Shown here: positions 1-9,335 of the stretch, piece after piece
Layout of the letters: every line of letters starts with the position of its first letter
Numbering within the stretch: the first letter of the stretch is position 1
Assembly (NCBI GenBank): GCA_963718895.1
Contig: CAVRAG010000007.1
Span: forward strand, 803,515 to 867,514
Source of the DNA: an uncultured Nitrososphaerota archaeon
GTDB lineage: Archaea; Thermoproteota; Nitrososphaeria; Nitrososphaerales; Gagatemarchaeaceae
Direction: 5' to 3'
Length of the DNA stretch: 64,000 nt
Made by a program: the position numbers and the translations under genes
Notes under the pieces: generated by a model
What the model saw: only the letters and a program-made list of their open reading frames with translations
What the model was told of the DNA's origin: nothing
The model's database searches: none

Positions 1-747
1 GACGAAGAGCCTTGGTCTGCCTCCCTCCAGCCGCACGTATGTGTTGTGTATTGGCGCGGTCGTGATCCATGAGCCTGTGTTAGCGACAGTCCCCGCTTTG
101 TTCACAAATGGCCGGTGGGTGTGCCCGAAGATGAGGACCTCCCCTGGCTGCACCGTAGCGCAGGCCTTCTTCTCGACCCCGCCCAGCGTTTCCTTGAGCC
201 TCTCTTGGGGATCTAGCTGCAGCACCTCGGTCGTGCGCCGGATGCTGCGCCCGTTCACGAGATTGGAGAAGAAGTACTTCAAATCGCCTTTGTCGCGGGT
301 TAGCGCAGCCCAGATGTGCGTGTCCCGGTCGCCCTTCTCGTCGGACATGGCGTGGCAGAGAGACTCCATAAAGTGTTCTCGCTGCATCTCGTCGAATTCC
401 CAGCCGTGGAGGAAGTTGCAGGTCACCGCGTCCTGCTGAAGGGTGAGGTTCCTCATGAAGGTCACGGGGTATCCTCGTCCCTGAAGCTTGAGGACGTGAA
501 AATCGTGGTTTCCGGCGATGTAGTATACGTGCATCTTCTTCTGAAGGAGTATTATCTGGTCAACGACATCCTTGTTCTCGAGGAAGACTCCCGAGGCGTC
601 CCTCCTCCACATGTCCACGACGTCCCCCAGGAGGACCAGGTCGGTCACGCTGGCGTCGGACTGGAGTTGACCGAGGAAGCGGAGAAATGCCGCTTTGTCT
701 GCGGTCTCGATTCCGAGATGCTGGTCCGAGACAACTACTATCACCAA
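1..747 (-). CDS. Calcineurin-like metallophosphoesterase (LpxH-like), 3' end truncated by the window edge
   Basis: Not in the ORF track. Manual translation gives (M)VIVVVSDQHLG...LLGDVVD...IAGNHD...FLHGW...IFGHTH...NTGSW, which contains all five metallophosphoesterase motifs. The frame runs off position 1. Confidence 0.85.
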   Translation of the reverse strand, partial: MVIVVVSDQHLGIETADKAAFLRFLGQLQSDASVTDLVLLGDVVDMWRRDASGVFLENKDVVDQIILLQKKMHVYYIAGNHDFHVLKLQGRGYPVTFMRNLTLQQDAVTCNFLHGWEFDEMQREHFMESLCHAMSDEKGDRDTHIWAALTRDKGDLKYFFSNLVNGRSIRRTTEVLQLDPQERLKETLGGVEKKACATVQPGEVLIFGHTHRPFVNKAGTVANTGSWITTAPIHNTYVRLEGGRPRLFV

Positions 748-988
748 GTGGAACTCCCTGATTACGAAGAGCAGCCGTTACATAGGTCTTGCCGAGCTGA
801 GACAGGAACGGCTGGGGGACAAGCTCTAGGAACTGATTGGATTCCTCCGAGGTTGCAAACGACCCTGCAGTGCTAGTAGTCGGTGGGTCCGCCCCACCAG
901 ACCCGGCGTGATCCGAACCAGTCTGGCCCTTCTGTCTCCAAGCGCGACACCTATTTTAGCCGGTTTGACTTGGCCGGTTCCATCGCAA

Positions 989-1345
989 ATGGTCGACAAA
1001 GCCGCGCGTCGAGTCCGCAGCGAGGGTGAAGGAGGCGAAGGATACTGCGCCCTTTGCAAGGAAGAGGGCAGACCGAGCGAGACGGCGCGCGACGTTCTGA
1101 CCATCAGGCCGAGAGAGGGCGGAAGGCCGATGAGGGTCCCGCTCTGTCTTGCACACGCCGAGGGGCTCGGCAAGCCAGGCTCGCTGTACGACGTGGTCAC
1201 CCCGCCAGCCAGAGTCGTCCCCGCAAAGGGTCTCGCTCGTCAGACCCGCCACGTCGAGGGGAAGAGCGAGAAGGGGAACATCAACAGGACGCTGCGCCGG
1301 GCCGAGAGATACAGCAAAGGCCAGAGAGGCCGACTGGGAGAGTAG
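989..1345 (+). CDS. Small hypothetical protein with a putative Zn finger (CxxC...CxxH) and a basic tail
   Basis: ATG at 989 within ORF 908..1345, with an AT-rich TATA-like element at ~952. Motifs YCALCK and LCLAH. Confidence 0.5.
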   Translation: MVDKAARRVRSEGEGGEGYCALCKEEGRPSETARDVLTIRPREGGRPMRVPLCLAHAEGLGKPGSLYDVVTPPARVVPAKGLARQTRHVEGKSEKGNINRTLRRAERYSKGQRGRLGE

Positions 1346-1394
1346 TGTCCTCCTGGTGCTAGACCCTCGGAAGACTGGGGGAGTTGCGAACGTT

Positions 1395-3050
1395 CTATGG
1401 GGCTCTCGCCGACGAGTGCCTTCCGAGCGAGTCTCTGATCACCGCGGAGACGCCCGGTTTCAGGAACGGCTGGAACGGGAGCAGGTACCTCACGCCCTTC
1501 GCCCTCTCTATCGTTCTCGTGCCATTCTCATCTCGGTAGCTGGCTAGGAAGGCGTCGGCCACGAGCTTCATCCCTTTCTCGCTTGTGGCAGTTCTGCCGG
1601 AGAAATAGAGGAATTCGGCGAGATCCCACGCAGGATCGCCGTCCTCCACGGTCTGCTCGAGGTCGAAGAGATTAATCTCGTCGTCGCTCACGATCACGTT
1701 CTCCGCCTTGGTGTCTCCGTAGACGAGGCCGTCCCTGTGCATCTTGGCCAGGGTCTTGGCGTACTTTTCAACATACCTCGTGTCAGATCCTTTCCCGCCT
1801 GTCACCTCTCCAACGCACTTTGACAACGGGACCCCCTTGACGTACCTCGTGACGAGGATCTTCTCGTCTGGCGCGATGCCCACGATGCGGTGAGTCGGGA
1901 TTCCGAGTTTGCGCAACCGGAAGACGCCCTCGTACTCCCGCTGGAGCATCGCAAAAGGTGTCATCTTGAATTTCTTTCCGGTGAACGCCCACAGGTTCAG
2001 GAGAGCCCACTTCACTGACCGGAGGTCAGGGAAACTCTTGAGGATGAATTCCACTCGTTTCCCTTCGCTCGAGATTTCGAGCAGCTGCGTTGAAGTGTAC
2101 ACCTGCCCCTTCTTCCTCTGTTTGAAGGTATAATCTCCCTTGAACCCAGAAAGTCGCGCAAGCTCCTCGGTTATCCTGCTCGCGTCGTCGAAGATCACAC
2201 CTTCTTCGAGTCGGAGCAGTTTCCTGGGGCGCATGAGCTCGACGGGCTGCTCGAAGGTTCCTCCTCGGCTTCCTCTCGCGGGCGCTCGGGCCTTAACGAC
2301 TCCAGTCCCCACCAGGACGTCCTTGCCCGTTGCTTTGACTTGCGACTCCCCCTCCTTGACGGGTGATATGAGGGCGACAATCTTTGAAAGCACATCCGTG
2401 GGCACTTCACCTGGCAGAATCCTGACCCATTCATCGGTGCTCTTGATTATCCCGCTAGAAGTGAGAGATTGTGACGCCTCACGAAAGACGCGGACGGCAG
2501 ACTCTGAGTTCTCCTTCCTGCTGTCGCAGCTGTAGGTGTGCGCAAAGGGGTGGATCGCCTCCGGATAGGACGCCGTTCTCTTGTGCAGCTTGTCGAAGAG
2601 AAAGTACTCGTAGGGAATGATCAGGTCTGAAGAAAACCCACCGTACTCAGACTGGACCTCGCTAAGACTCTCGACGATGACCCTCCTCTTGTACTCGAGC
2701 TCTACACTTCGAAGGAAATCCGCGCCAATCAGGGGTTCGTAGACGTTCAGGAGTCTGCCCACGACGAACTCCTTTGAAGACGATCGGCCTGCCTCTTCAC
2801 GCAGCACGGCCTCATCGACTATGAGCGCCGATGCTCCAGGCGGACCGTGGACTCGCTCCAACTTCGTTCCCTCCTTGTAGAATCTCGCGACGATCAGCAG
2901 ATCGTAGTCGGAATCCCCTCTGGCGCACCCTGCGACCCGGGACCCGTAGGCGCATAGAGCAACTGTGTCCTCTCTCTTAACCAGGCTCTCGGCGAGGCTT
3001 CGGATGCTTGCCTTCTCCTTGGCGGTGAGTCTGCTCTTCAGGGGTTTCAC
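1395..3050 (-). CDS. Fusion of a Pol-beta-type nucleotidyltransferase domain and a RIO/Bud32/Kdo-like kinase domain
   Basis: N-terminal YGSRVAG..SDYDLLIV. C-terminal FILKS, REYE, YGDTKAENVIV and FDLE. TATATATA box ~30 nt upstream. Confidence 0.8.
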   Translation of the reverse strand: MKPLKSRLTAKEKASIRSLAESLVKREDTVALCAYGSRVAGCARGDSDYDLLIVARFYKEGTKLERVHGPPGASALIVDEAVLREEAGRSSSKEFVVGRLLNVYEPLIGADFLRSVELEYKRRVIVESLSEVQSEYGGFSSDLIIPYEYFLFDKLHKRTASYPEAIHPFAHTYSCDSRKENSESAVRVFREASQSLTSSGIIKSTDEWVRILPGEVPTDVLSKIVALISPVKEGESQVKATGKDVLVGTGVVKARAPARGSRGGTFEQPVELMRPRKLLRLEEGVIFDDASRITEELARLSGFKGDYTFKQRKKGQVYTSTQLLEISSEGKRVEFILKSFPDLRSVKWALLNLWAFTGKKFKMTPFAMLQREYEGVFRLRKLGIPTHRIVGIAPDEKILVTRYVKGVPLSKCVGEVTGGKGSDTRYVEKYAKTLAKMHRDGLVYGDTKAENVIVSDDEINLFDLEQTVEDGDPAWDLAEFLYFSGRTATSEKGMKLVADAFLASYRDENGTRTIERAKGVRYLLPFQPFLKPGVSAVIRDSLGRHSSARAP

Positions 3051-3214
3051 AAGCCTACCGTGGTTCGAATCCTCCTGACGTATATATAGCAGAAAGCGTC
3101 ACAACTTGCCAGTGCGTGAACTCTGATTCGAGTGCTCCGCCGCTGGCGGATACGAACGCGTTCGGACCTTCCGTTCTCCTCGCACCTCCAGGAACCGGGG
3201 AGCTGGTGCTGAGG

Positions 3215-3676
3215 ATGAAGGAGGCGAAGGAAGCCAAGAACGCATTCACCGTGGCAGGCGCGATCGCGGTCGTCGCCGGACTGATTCTGATCGCGAGCGG
3301 GGTGCGTTCGGGCTCCCTTCTCCTGACAGGCCTTGGCTACGTCGATAGGTATCTGGGATCGACGATAACTCCCGATGGCGAACTCCTACTTCACCTGGCC
3401 ATAGTGATGCTCACATTCATCGTCGGGCTCGGCGGGATCCTGGTGGTCGCCGGAGGGGTGATGCTGCTGCGCAGACACAGCTTTGCGGGAAGGGTTCTGA
3501 TCGGGCTGGGAGGGGGCATGGCCGTTCTCGGGCTCATCTTCTCCATGGCCGAAGCCCTGTACGTCACGGGCCTCTCTGCCCCCGTATTTCACGAGTCGTA
3601 TTTCACTTTGTATTGGTTCGGCTCGATACTCGCCACCATCTCGGTCCTCCTCTCGAGAAGGGCCCGGCGTCGTTAA
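3215..3676 (+). CDS. Hypothetical integral membrane protein (4 TM)
   Basis: Four Gly-rich hydrophobic segments. The start is uncertain because the ORF opens at 3116. Confidence 0.7.
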   Translation: MKEAKEAKNAFTVAGAIAVVAGLILIASGVRSGSLLLTGLGYVDRYLGSTITPDGELLLHLAIVMLTFIVGLGGILVVAGGVMLLRRHSFAGRVLIGLGGGMAVLGLIFSMAEALYVTGLSAPVFHESYFTLYWFGSILATISVLLSRRARRR

Positions 3677-3716
3677 GCAGGAGGGCACTCATCCTGTTCG
3701 ACAGAATCCCCGGCGG

Positions 3717-4652
3717 TCAGACGATCGTCGGATCATCTCTGGGGGCCCTGGGAAGATGCTTTGATGACGCGTACCTGAGGAGGGCGTAGGCGACGACGGC
3801 CAGCATGGCCACGGCTGCACCGATGTACGGAAGCTCGCCTGCGGTCGATGCCAGCGCGCTCGGGTTCATCGCTCCCGCCAGTATCACGGCGAAGAGGAGC
3901 ATCCCGTCGGAGATGACCCAGACGACTCTGTAGGCGGTGCTGGCGCCGTAGGGACCCTCCTTCTTTGGCGTCATCCTCCGGTCTATCTCGCCCCCGACGT
4001 AGTTCATCAGGCCGGCGACGATTGCGATGGACAACGGGAGGGCATAGGAAAGAGCCACGCCGTGCCAAGTCAGGTCGATGAACTTGTGGATGCCCAAGGC
4101 CGATATCAGAGCAAGGAGGAGGACGAGGCTCGCCGAACCGACGAAGACACCCGTATCGAGCAACCTTCCCCCGAGACCCGGTCCGTAGGTCCTCCTCCAC
4201 GGGAGCGGCTCCGGGTCGGGTTTGAGGTCAGGGTCAGATCTCTGGGAGAGCGCGTGCGGCTCGTTCTGGTAGAAGTAGACCTTCCTCTTGGGGTCGAGGG
4301 GAATCCTTTGACCGTGGGAATCGTAGACCGATCCCTTGACGAGTCTGGTGAAAGGGTAGAGCCACTCGACGCCCCTGTCCTTCGTGGTCGTGAGAGCGTC
4401 GAGGAAGGTGTGGAGGAAGGCGCCGATACCCAGGAACGGATTTACCAGGTAGACAAGAGCGAGGAAGACGAAGTTGTGGCAGAGGGCGCGATGAACCTGA
4501 TGACGCCGGAACGAATCCCGGCTGAGAAGGCCGTATTCCCTGTCGAGGTCAGGAATCATCGAGCCGACGGCCACGAGTAGGATGGTCTCGGGCTTCCCGA
4601 AGAAGACCGAGGCGACCGCTATCCCGAACATTACGTGGGTGGAGAGATTCAC
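3717..4652 (-). CDS. Membrane-bound metal-dependent hydrolase (YdjM-like)
   Basis: Motifs THVMFG, IPDLD, HRALCHN and HTFLDALT, plus C-terminal TM helices. Confidence 0.8.
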   Translation of the reverse strand: MNLSTHVMFGIAVASVFFGKPETILLVAVGSMIPDLDREYGLLSRDSFRRHQVHRALCHNFVFLALVYLVNPFLGIGAFLHTFLDALTTTKDRGVEWLYPFTRLVKGSVYDSHGQRIPLDPKRKVYFYQNEPHALSQRSDPDLKPDPEPLPWRRTYGPGLGGRLLDTGVFVGSASLVLLLALISALGIHKFIDLTWHGVALSYALPLSIAIVAGLMNYVGGEIDRRMTPKKEGPYGASTAYRVVWVISDGMLLFAVILAGAMNPSALASTAGELPYIGAAVAMLAVVAYALLRYASSKHLPRAPRDDPTIV

Positions 4653-4829
4653 GTTGGCACCTCCGCTTCCGCTGAGCGTTCAGGTTTCACGAAGAGAGAG
4701 TGCCAGGTCATCTAAAAATCCCTTGCCATGATTCTTCAACTCTAAAGCCTGGATCCGGGTAGCAGACGGGGCCTCCTGAAGGAAGAATTATCCCTAGGGA
4801 ATTTAAGCGTCCGACTGGCGAGAAATGGC

Positions 4830-5411
4830 TTGGTCGTAAACTTCCTCTTCTTGGTCAGGCATGGAGAGACCGAGGCCAACAGAGAGGGGATAGATGCAGG
4901 CGCGCTTGACTACCCACTTACGAAGAAGGGGCTGAAGGATGCGTCCTTCATAGCCAAGACCCTCTCGAAGTCGAAAATCGACTCCGTCTACAGCAGCCCG
5001 GTCTTCCGCGCGGTCGAGACCGCGAGAATCGTGGCGCGTCCGCACGGGCTCAAGGTGAAGATCTTGGAGGAGCTGACAGAGGCGAAGCTCAAGCCGCAGT
5101 TCGTCGGCAGGAAGGGAAGACACCACATCCTGACCACGCCTGCGGCGTTCTCCGAGACCAATGAAGAGCTGATGGCGAGGACGAGGAAGGCCATCGAGAT
5201 AGTCAAGAAGAGGGCAAGAGGGAACGCCGTCTTGGTCTCCCATGGTGACGTGGTCACGGCAATGCTGGAAGATGTTGTGGAGAGGAGGGTTGCCGATGAG
5301 AGGTACTACGTCCTCCATCCAGACCCCGCGTCCCTCAGCATAATCGCGACCAAAGGGAGACCGTTCCTTGTCCTCTACAACTACCGTCGCAAGATGCTCG
5401 CTCGTCTCTGA
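4830..5411 (+). CDS. Histidine phosphatase (phosphoglycerate mutase-like)
   Basis: Motifs LVRHGET, SSPVFRAVET and VSHG. Confidence 0.9.
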   Translation: MVVNFLFLVRHGETEANREGIDAGALDYPLTKKGLKDASFIAKTLSKSKIDSVYSSPVFRAVETARIVARPHGLKVKILEELTEAKLKPQFVGRKGRHHILTTPAAFSETNEELMARTRKAIEIVKKRARGNAVLVSHGDVVTAMLEDVVERRVADERYYVLHPDPASLSIIATKGRPFLVLYNYRRKMLARL

Positions 5412-5596
5412 CCCTGGTTTCGACGGTTAGTGCGCGAACCCGTGAGAGCCCCCCGAGGGGGTTCAGGTCGCCGACGCTCCGGCTTCCGTCGGCCCAAAGG
5501 GCTCGTCCTCGCCGTCTGACGGTCATCTGCGACCCCGGACCCGCCGCTCGCCTGAGAAGCACTAAAATAGTTGGGAAGCGCGCTGGGGAGACACCT

Positions 5597-6787
5597 GTGA
5601 TACTCGAGCTACCGAAGCGGACCGAGCACATAGGGTCGGTCAGGCTCCACGATATCCAGAGAGTCTACGAGCTGGACTCCGGCACCAAGAAATTTGCCAC
5701 GAAGGCCAGAGAGGCGGTTGCGACCATCTCCCGGGACGAGATAGACCGCATCAACCAGAGGATGGCGATAGTCGTCCCCACGAAGGACGAGAGGTCGAAG
5801 CTGCTCGAGGGTGTCCTGAGCGGAATCCCGCACGATTGCAGCGTCATCGTCGTCTCCGGCAGCTCGAGGTCCCCCGTGGACAGGTTCGAGACCGAGAGAC
5901 AGATCATCAAGGAGTTCAACCATTTCGTCCAGGACGATATCCTTCTCATTCACCAGGAGGACCCGGGCCTTTCCGAAGCTTTCAGGAGCACCGGGTTCGG
6001 CTCGATCCTCGACGAGAGAGGGTCGATTAGGGGTGGAAAGGCCGAGGCCATGTTCACGGGGATAATGCTCGCCAGGATGATGGGGAAGGAGTACGTCGGC
6101 TTCATAGACTCGGACAACTACTTCCCGGGGGCGGTCCACGAGTACGTCGAGATCTACGGGGCCGGTTTCCTGCTCTCGGAGTCTCCCTACTCGATGGTCA
6201 GGGTGTCATGGGTGAACAAGCCCAAGGTGGCCGAGGACCGGCTGCAGTTCCCCAAGTGGGGAAGGGTCTCGGAGGTATCGAATCAGTGGCTGAACCGTCT
6301 CGTGGAGAGCCACACGGGGTTTGGCACCGAGGTTATCAAGACGGGCAATGCAGGAGAGCACGCAATGACCATGAAGCTGGCCGAGCTTCTCTGCTACGCG
6401 GCGGGTTTCGCAGTCGAGCCGTTCGAGATCGTCAACATCCTGGAGCAGTTCGGGGGGTTCGCGCCATCCGACCATCCCAGCGCGATGTCGTCGGGAGTCG
6501 ACGTCTTCCAGATAGAGACCCAGAACCCTCACCTGCACGAGGAGAAGGGAGAGAAGCACATAGAGGAGATGCTGCTCGCCTCTGTAGGCGCCATCTACTC
6601 CTCGGCGGCGTGCCCGCCCGCGCTAAGGGAGAGCATCCTGGCCGCCAAGATTCCGGGCGAGGAGCCGGGGACGCCGAGGAGGGAGTATGCCGCCCCAGCG
6701 AGAATCAGACCCCCGATCGAAGTCGATCTTGAGAGGTTCGTTCAGACCCTCGAACGGGAGGCCCGGACGCTGACCCGGTTCCCATGA
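5597..6787 (+). CDS. mpgS: Mannosyl-3-phosphoglycerate synthase (GT55)
   Basis: Motifs LEGVLSGIPHDC, IRGGKAEAM, GFIDSDNYFPGAVHEY, WGRVSE, TGNAGEHAM and NPHLHEEKG. Confidence 0.93.
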   Translation: MILELPKRTEHIGSVRLHDIQRVYELDSGTKKFATKAREAVATISRDEIDRINQRMAIVVPTKDERSKLLEGVLSGIPHDCSVIVVSGSSRSPVDRFETERQIIKEFNHFVQDDILLIHQEDPGLSEAFRSTGFGSILDERGSIRGGKAEAMFTGIMLARMMGKEYVGFIDSDNYFPGAVHEYVEIYGAGFLLSESPYSMVRVSWVNKPKVAEDRLQFPKWGRVSEVSNQWLNRLVESHTGFGTEVIKTGNAGEHAMTMKLAELLCYAAGFAVEPFEIVNILEQFGGFAPSDHPSAMSSGVDVFQIETQNPHLHEEKGEKHIEEMLLASVGAIYSSAACPPALRESILAAKIPGEEPGTPRREYAAPARIRPPIEVDLERFVQTLEREARTLTRFP

Positions 6788-7464
6788 AAGAGACCGAAAG
6801 GACCTCGGACCCCCCGAGGCTAGTCGCCTTCGACATGGATGGAACGCTAATCGCCGGCCGGGTAATCTTCACCCTGGCTCACAGGCTCGGCTTCGAATCG
6901 GAGCTCGACAGGGTCGCCGGGGCTGGCGGTCCGCGTTATGCCAGGTCGCAGAGGGTGGCGAAGCTCATCGCGGGACTGAGCGTCTCCGAATTCGCCGAGG
7001 CGGTCGACGCGATGCCTCTGAACGACGGCGCGTTCGAAGCGATGAGAGCGCTGAGAGCGCAGAGATGGACGGTCGGTGTCATAAGCGACAGCTACACGCT
7101 CGCGACGGAGATCCTGGCGAGAAAGCTGAGCCTGGACTTTCACATCGCCAACACACTGGTCGTGAAAGAGGGCGTCATCACGGGGGAGCTCAATATGCCC
7201 ATGGGATGGGAGAGGGTAGGCTGCACCTGCAGGCAATCGGTCTGCAAGAGATACCACCTTACCAGGGAGGCGGAAAGGCGCGGGGTGGCGATGCGGGACA
7301 CTGCCGCGGTCGGGGACTCCGGGTCAGATTCTTGCATGATAGAGGCCGCGGGGACTGGAATATGGTTCAACGTACGCTCGGGGGGCGCTCCGCGAACTGG
7401 AAGTCGGGTGGTGAATGCGGCAGATCTTCGACTCGTCTCGGCCTTCCTGACTCGGGACCAATGA
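6784..7464 (+). CDS. HAD-IB (SerB-like) phosphatase, candidate mannosyl-3-phosphoglycerate phosphatase
   Basis: Motifs FDMDGT, ISDS and VGDSGSD. ATGA overlap with the mpgS stop. Confidence 0.8.
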   Translation: MKETERTSDPPRLVAFDMDGTLIAGRVIFTLAHRLGFESELDRVAGAGGPRYARSQRVAKLIAGLSVSEFAEAVDAMPLNDGAFEAMRALRAQRWTVGVISDSYTLATEILARKLSLDFHIANTLVVKEGVITGELNMPMGWERVGCTCRQSVCKRYHLTREAERRGVAMRDTAAVGDSGSDSCMIEAAGTGIWFNVRSGGAPRTGSRVVNAADLRLVSAFLTRDQ

Positions 7465-7537
7465 GGGTCTCCTGGAGCTCGCGGGGAGGGGCCGAGGAGG
7501 TGAGGTTCATCGCCTGCGTCCGGCAGGTCGAATCATG

Positions 7538-8182
7538 TCAGCCTAGCTTCCTGATCACCGCCTCGACCCGCCTTCGCTTTGTCGCCTTCTCCATCTCCCC
7601 GAGTCGCGAGGAGAGCGCCCCGACGAAGACGGCCTTCCTCTCGTCTTTGATTATGCTGAGGGCGTTCTCGGCGTACATCGGGAGCTGATTTGTCGGGCAG
7701 TTTCTGAGCTGAGCCATCAGGAGAGGGAAGGCCTCATCAGCGTACCGGTCGACCGAACAGAGCTTGATCAGGATGCCCACGGCGTGGTCCCTGGCTATGA
7801 CCGAGTCTCCCTCCGAGGCCGCGACGACTCTCGCGACGCCAGAGAAGGCGGTTCCGGGGTCCTGGAGGGTGATCGTATCGAGCGCGGTCATGGCACCCCA
7901 GACCAGTCGCTTGTTCTTGCTCTCGAGCAACCCGAGAAGTTCCCGACCATGGCCGGCAATCAGCGAGGGGTTGAGCGCACCAACCTCGTACAGGACCTTG
8001 ATACAGGCGCCCTGGATGTTCCTGTCCTTGTTCCTGAGATTCTCGACGAGTTCGGTGACCGCCTTCTTGTCCCCCTTGGCTGCAATCCGCCTCGCCAGCT
8101 CTTGATTGTAGACCTGATCTCTTCGACCAAGCGAGGTCACCAATTCGCTCAGGATTGTCACCTCTTGTTGCACCTGGGGCAA
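7538..8182 (-). CDS. Hypothetical alpha-helical (HEAT/ARM-like) protein
   Basis: 214-aa ORF with amphipathic helical periodicity (LVENLRNKDRNIQGACIKVLYEV, LLESKNKRLVWGAMTAL). Confidence 0.7.
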   Translation of the reverse strand: MPQVQQEVTILSELVTSLGRRDQVYNQELARRIAAKGDKKAVTELVENLRNKDRNIQGACIKVLYEVGALNPSLIAGHGRELLGLLESKNKRLVWGAMTALDTITLQDPGTAFSGVARVVAASEGDSVIARDHAVGILIKLCSVDRYADEAFPLLMAQLRNCPTNQLPMYAENALSIIKDERKAVFVGALSSRLGEMEKATKRRRVEAVIRKLG

Positions 8183-8326
8183 ACTGGACCTCTGCGGAGA
8201 GCAGGCATACGGCCACGGGCGGATCTCACCTGTGTGTCATCTTTCCCAATTTCGGCTCCGTGTCCGGGCAAGAGGACCAGGCCTAGTCCAGACTCGGTGG
8301 GGCTGCCAAGAACAGACGAAAGACTC

Positions 8327-8506
8327 CTAGGACCTTTCAATCGAGGCCTTGACTTTGCGCATGAGTTCGGGGCTCAAGTCGCTCGGTTCCAAGCCGTGCA
8401 CCTCAACGGCATGCTGGCTGATTTGTTTGGTGAGCTCTTCCTCGGTCTTGGACGAGAAGACCGCGTCGCAGTCGAACCCTGCAGTCTTGCAGGCGTATCG
8501 AAGCAT
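8327..8506 (-). CDS. Small metal-binding protein (DUF1059-like)
   Basis: Sequence MLRYACKTAGFDCDAVFSSKTEEEL...HAVEVHG. TTATAT box ~30 nt upstream. Confidence 0.8.
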   Translation of the reverse strand: MLRYACKTAGFDCDAVFSSKTEEELTKQISQHAVEVHGLEPSDLSPELMRKVKASIERS

Positions 8507-8681
8507 TGTCGGAGTTTGTCCCAGCTTGGCGCATATAATCCTTGCTTCCAAGGGTCATCGGCAGCGCAGTCGATTCTGCAACCTCTCGACGTTATTCAAA
8601 GAGCCCAGGGGACTGGTCGACACGGCTTGGCAACTACTTTCGCCCTTCGGCCTCATCTCGTTTCACGGCGTCGAGAGACAA

Positions 8682-9242
8682 TTATTCCACTGTTGGGATC
8701 TCTTTGGTAAGCTTCGACAGAAGAGACTCGACCAGCTTGGAACGTTTCTGCACCGAGGATATCTTCTCTCCTAGAGACGAATCAGGCTCTTCTAGCGTGC
8801 TGTCGACGGAACAGTCTTTGAAAGGAGATGAGAAGTCGTCGAACGCTGACGAAAGCTGGTCCACGAGTTCCAGGTCGTCTATGAACTCGATCAGTCTCCC
8901 GAGGTCACTCCGCAGAGTCGGAACAACGTACTCATCAAGATGCTTGCTGTGGAACATGCAGAAATTCTTCACTTTGTTCCTGTTGGCCTGGGAATGGTCG
9001 TTGAGATAATCTCCCAAATACTGCTGCAGTTTCAGGTAGTTCTTGTCCACAAGCTCCAGATTGGACAGCAGCCGCGTCCCAAAATACTTCTTTTCGAGTT
9101 CTTGTCGTCGGAACTGTGTCTCGATGATGCCGTTTATCTTGCCGTCGGCTCTCCGCTGCATCAGGAATATCGAGACTCCTATCGCGATGCTCAACAGAGC
9201 CAGCACGGCGTCCACAGATTCGAAACTTGTCAGATCGAGCAT
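8682..9242 (-). CDS. Hypothetical protein with an N-terminal TM anchor and a helical body
   Basis: TM segment AVLALLSIAIGVSIFLM. TTTAAG box upstream. Start approximate. Confidence 0.65.
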   Translation of the reverse strand: MLDLTSFESVDAVLALLSIAIGVSIFLMQRRADGKINGIIETQFRRQELEKKYFGTRLLSNLELVDKNYLKLQQYLGDYLNDHSQANRNKVKNFCMFHSKHLDEYVVPTLRSDLGRLIEFIDDLELVDQLSSAFDDFSSPFKDCSVDSTLEEPDSSLGEKISSVQKRSKLVESLLSKLTKEIPTVE

Positions 9243-9335
9243 CCGGTTCACTAGGATACCAGGCACTGGTTCTTAAACGCAAACGTACCGCGAGTGGCGA
9301 ATGTCCAATATTCCGGGTCTTCTGGAGAGATTCCC

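Noticed and set aside
877-890. 14-bp sequence GGACCCACCGACTA also present (inverted) at 63342-63355
   Set aside because: Matches of this length are expected by chance in 64 kb of GC-rich DNA. The flanks do not extend the match and there is no transposase or integrase.
873-941. 22-aa Trp-rich micro-ORF (METEGPDWFGSRRVWWGGPTDY) on the minus strand
   Set aside because: It is too short to support without homologs or expression data.
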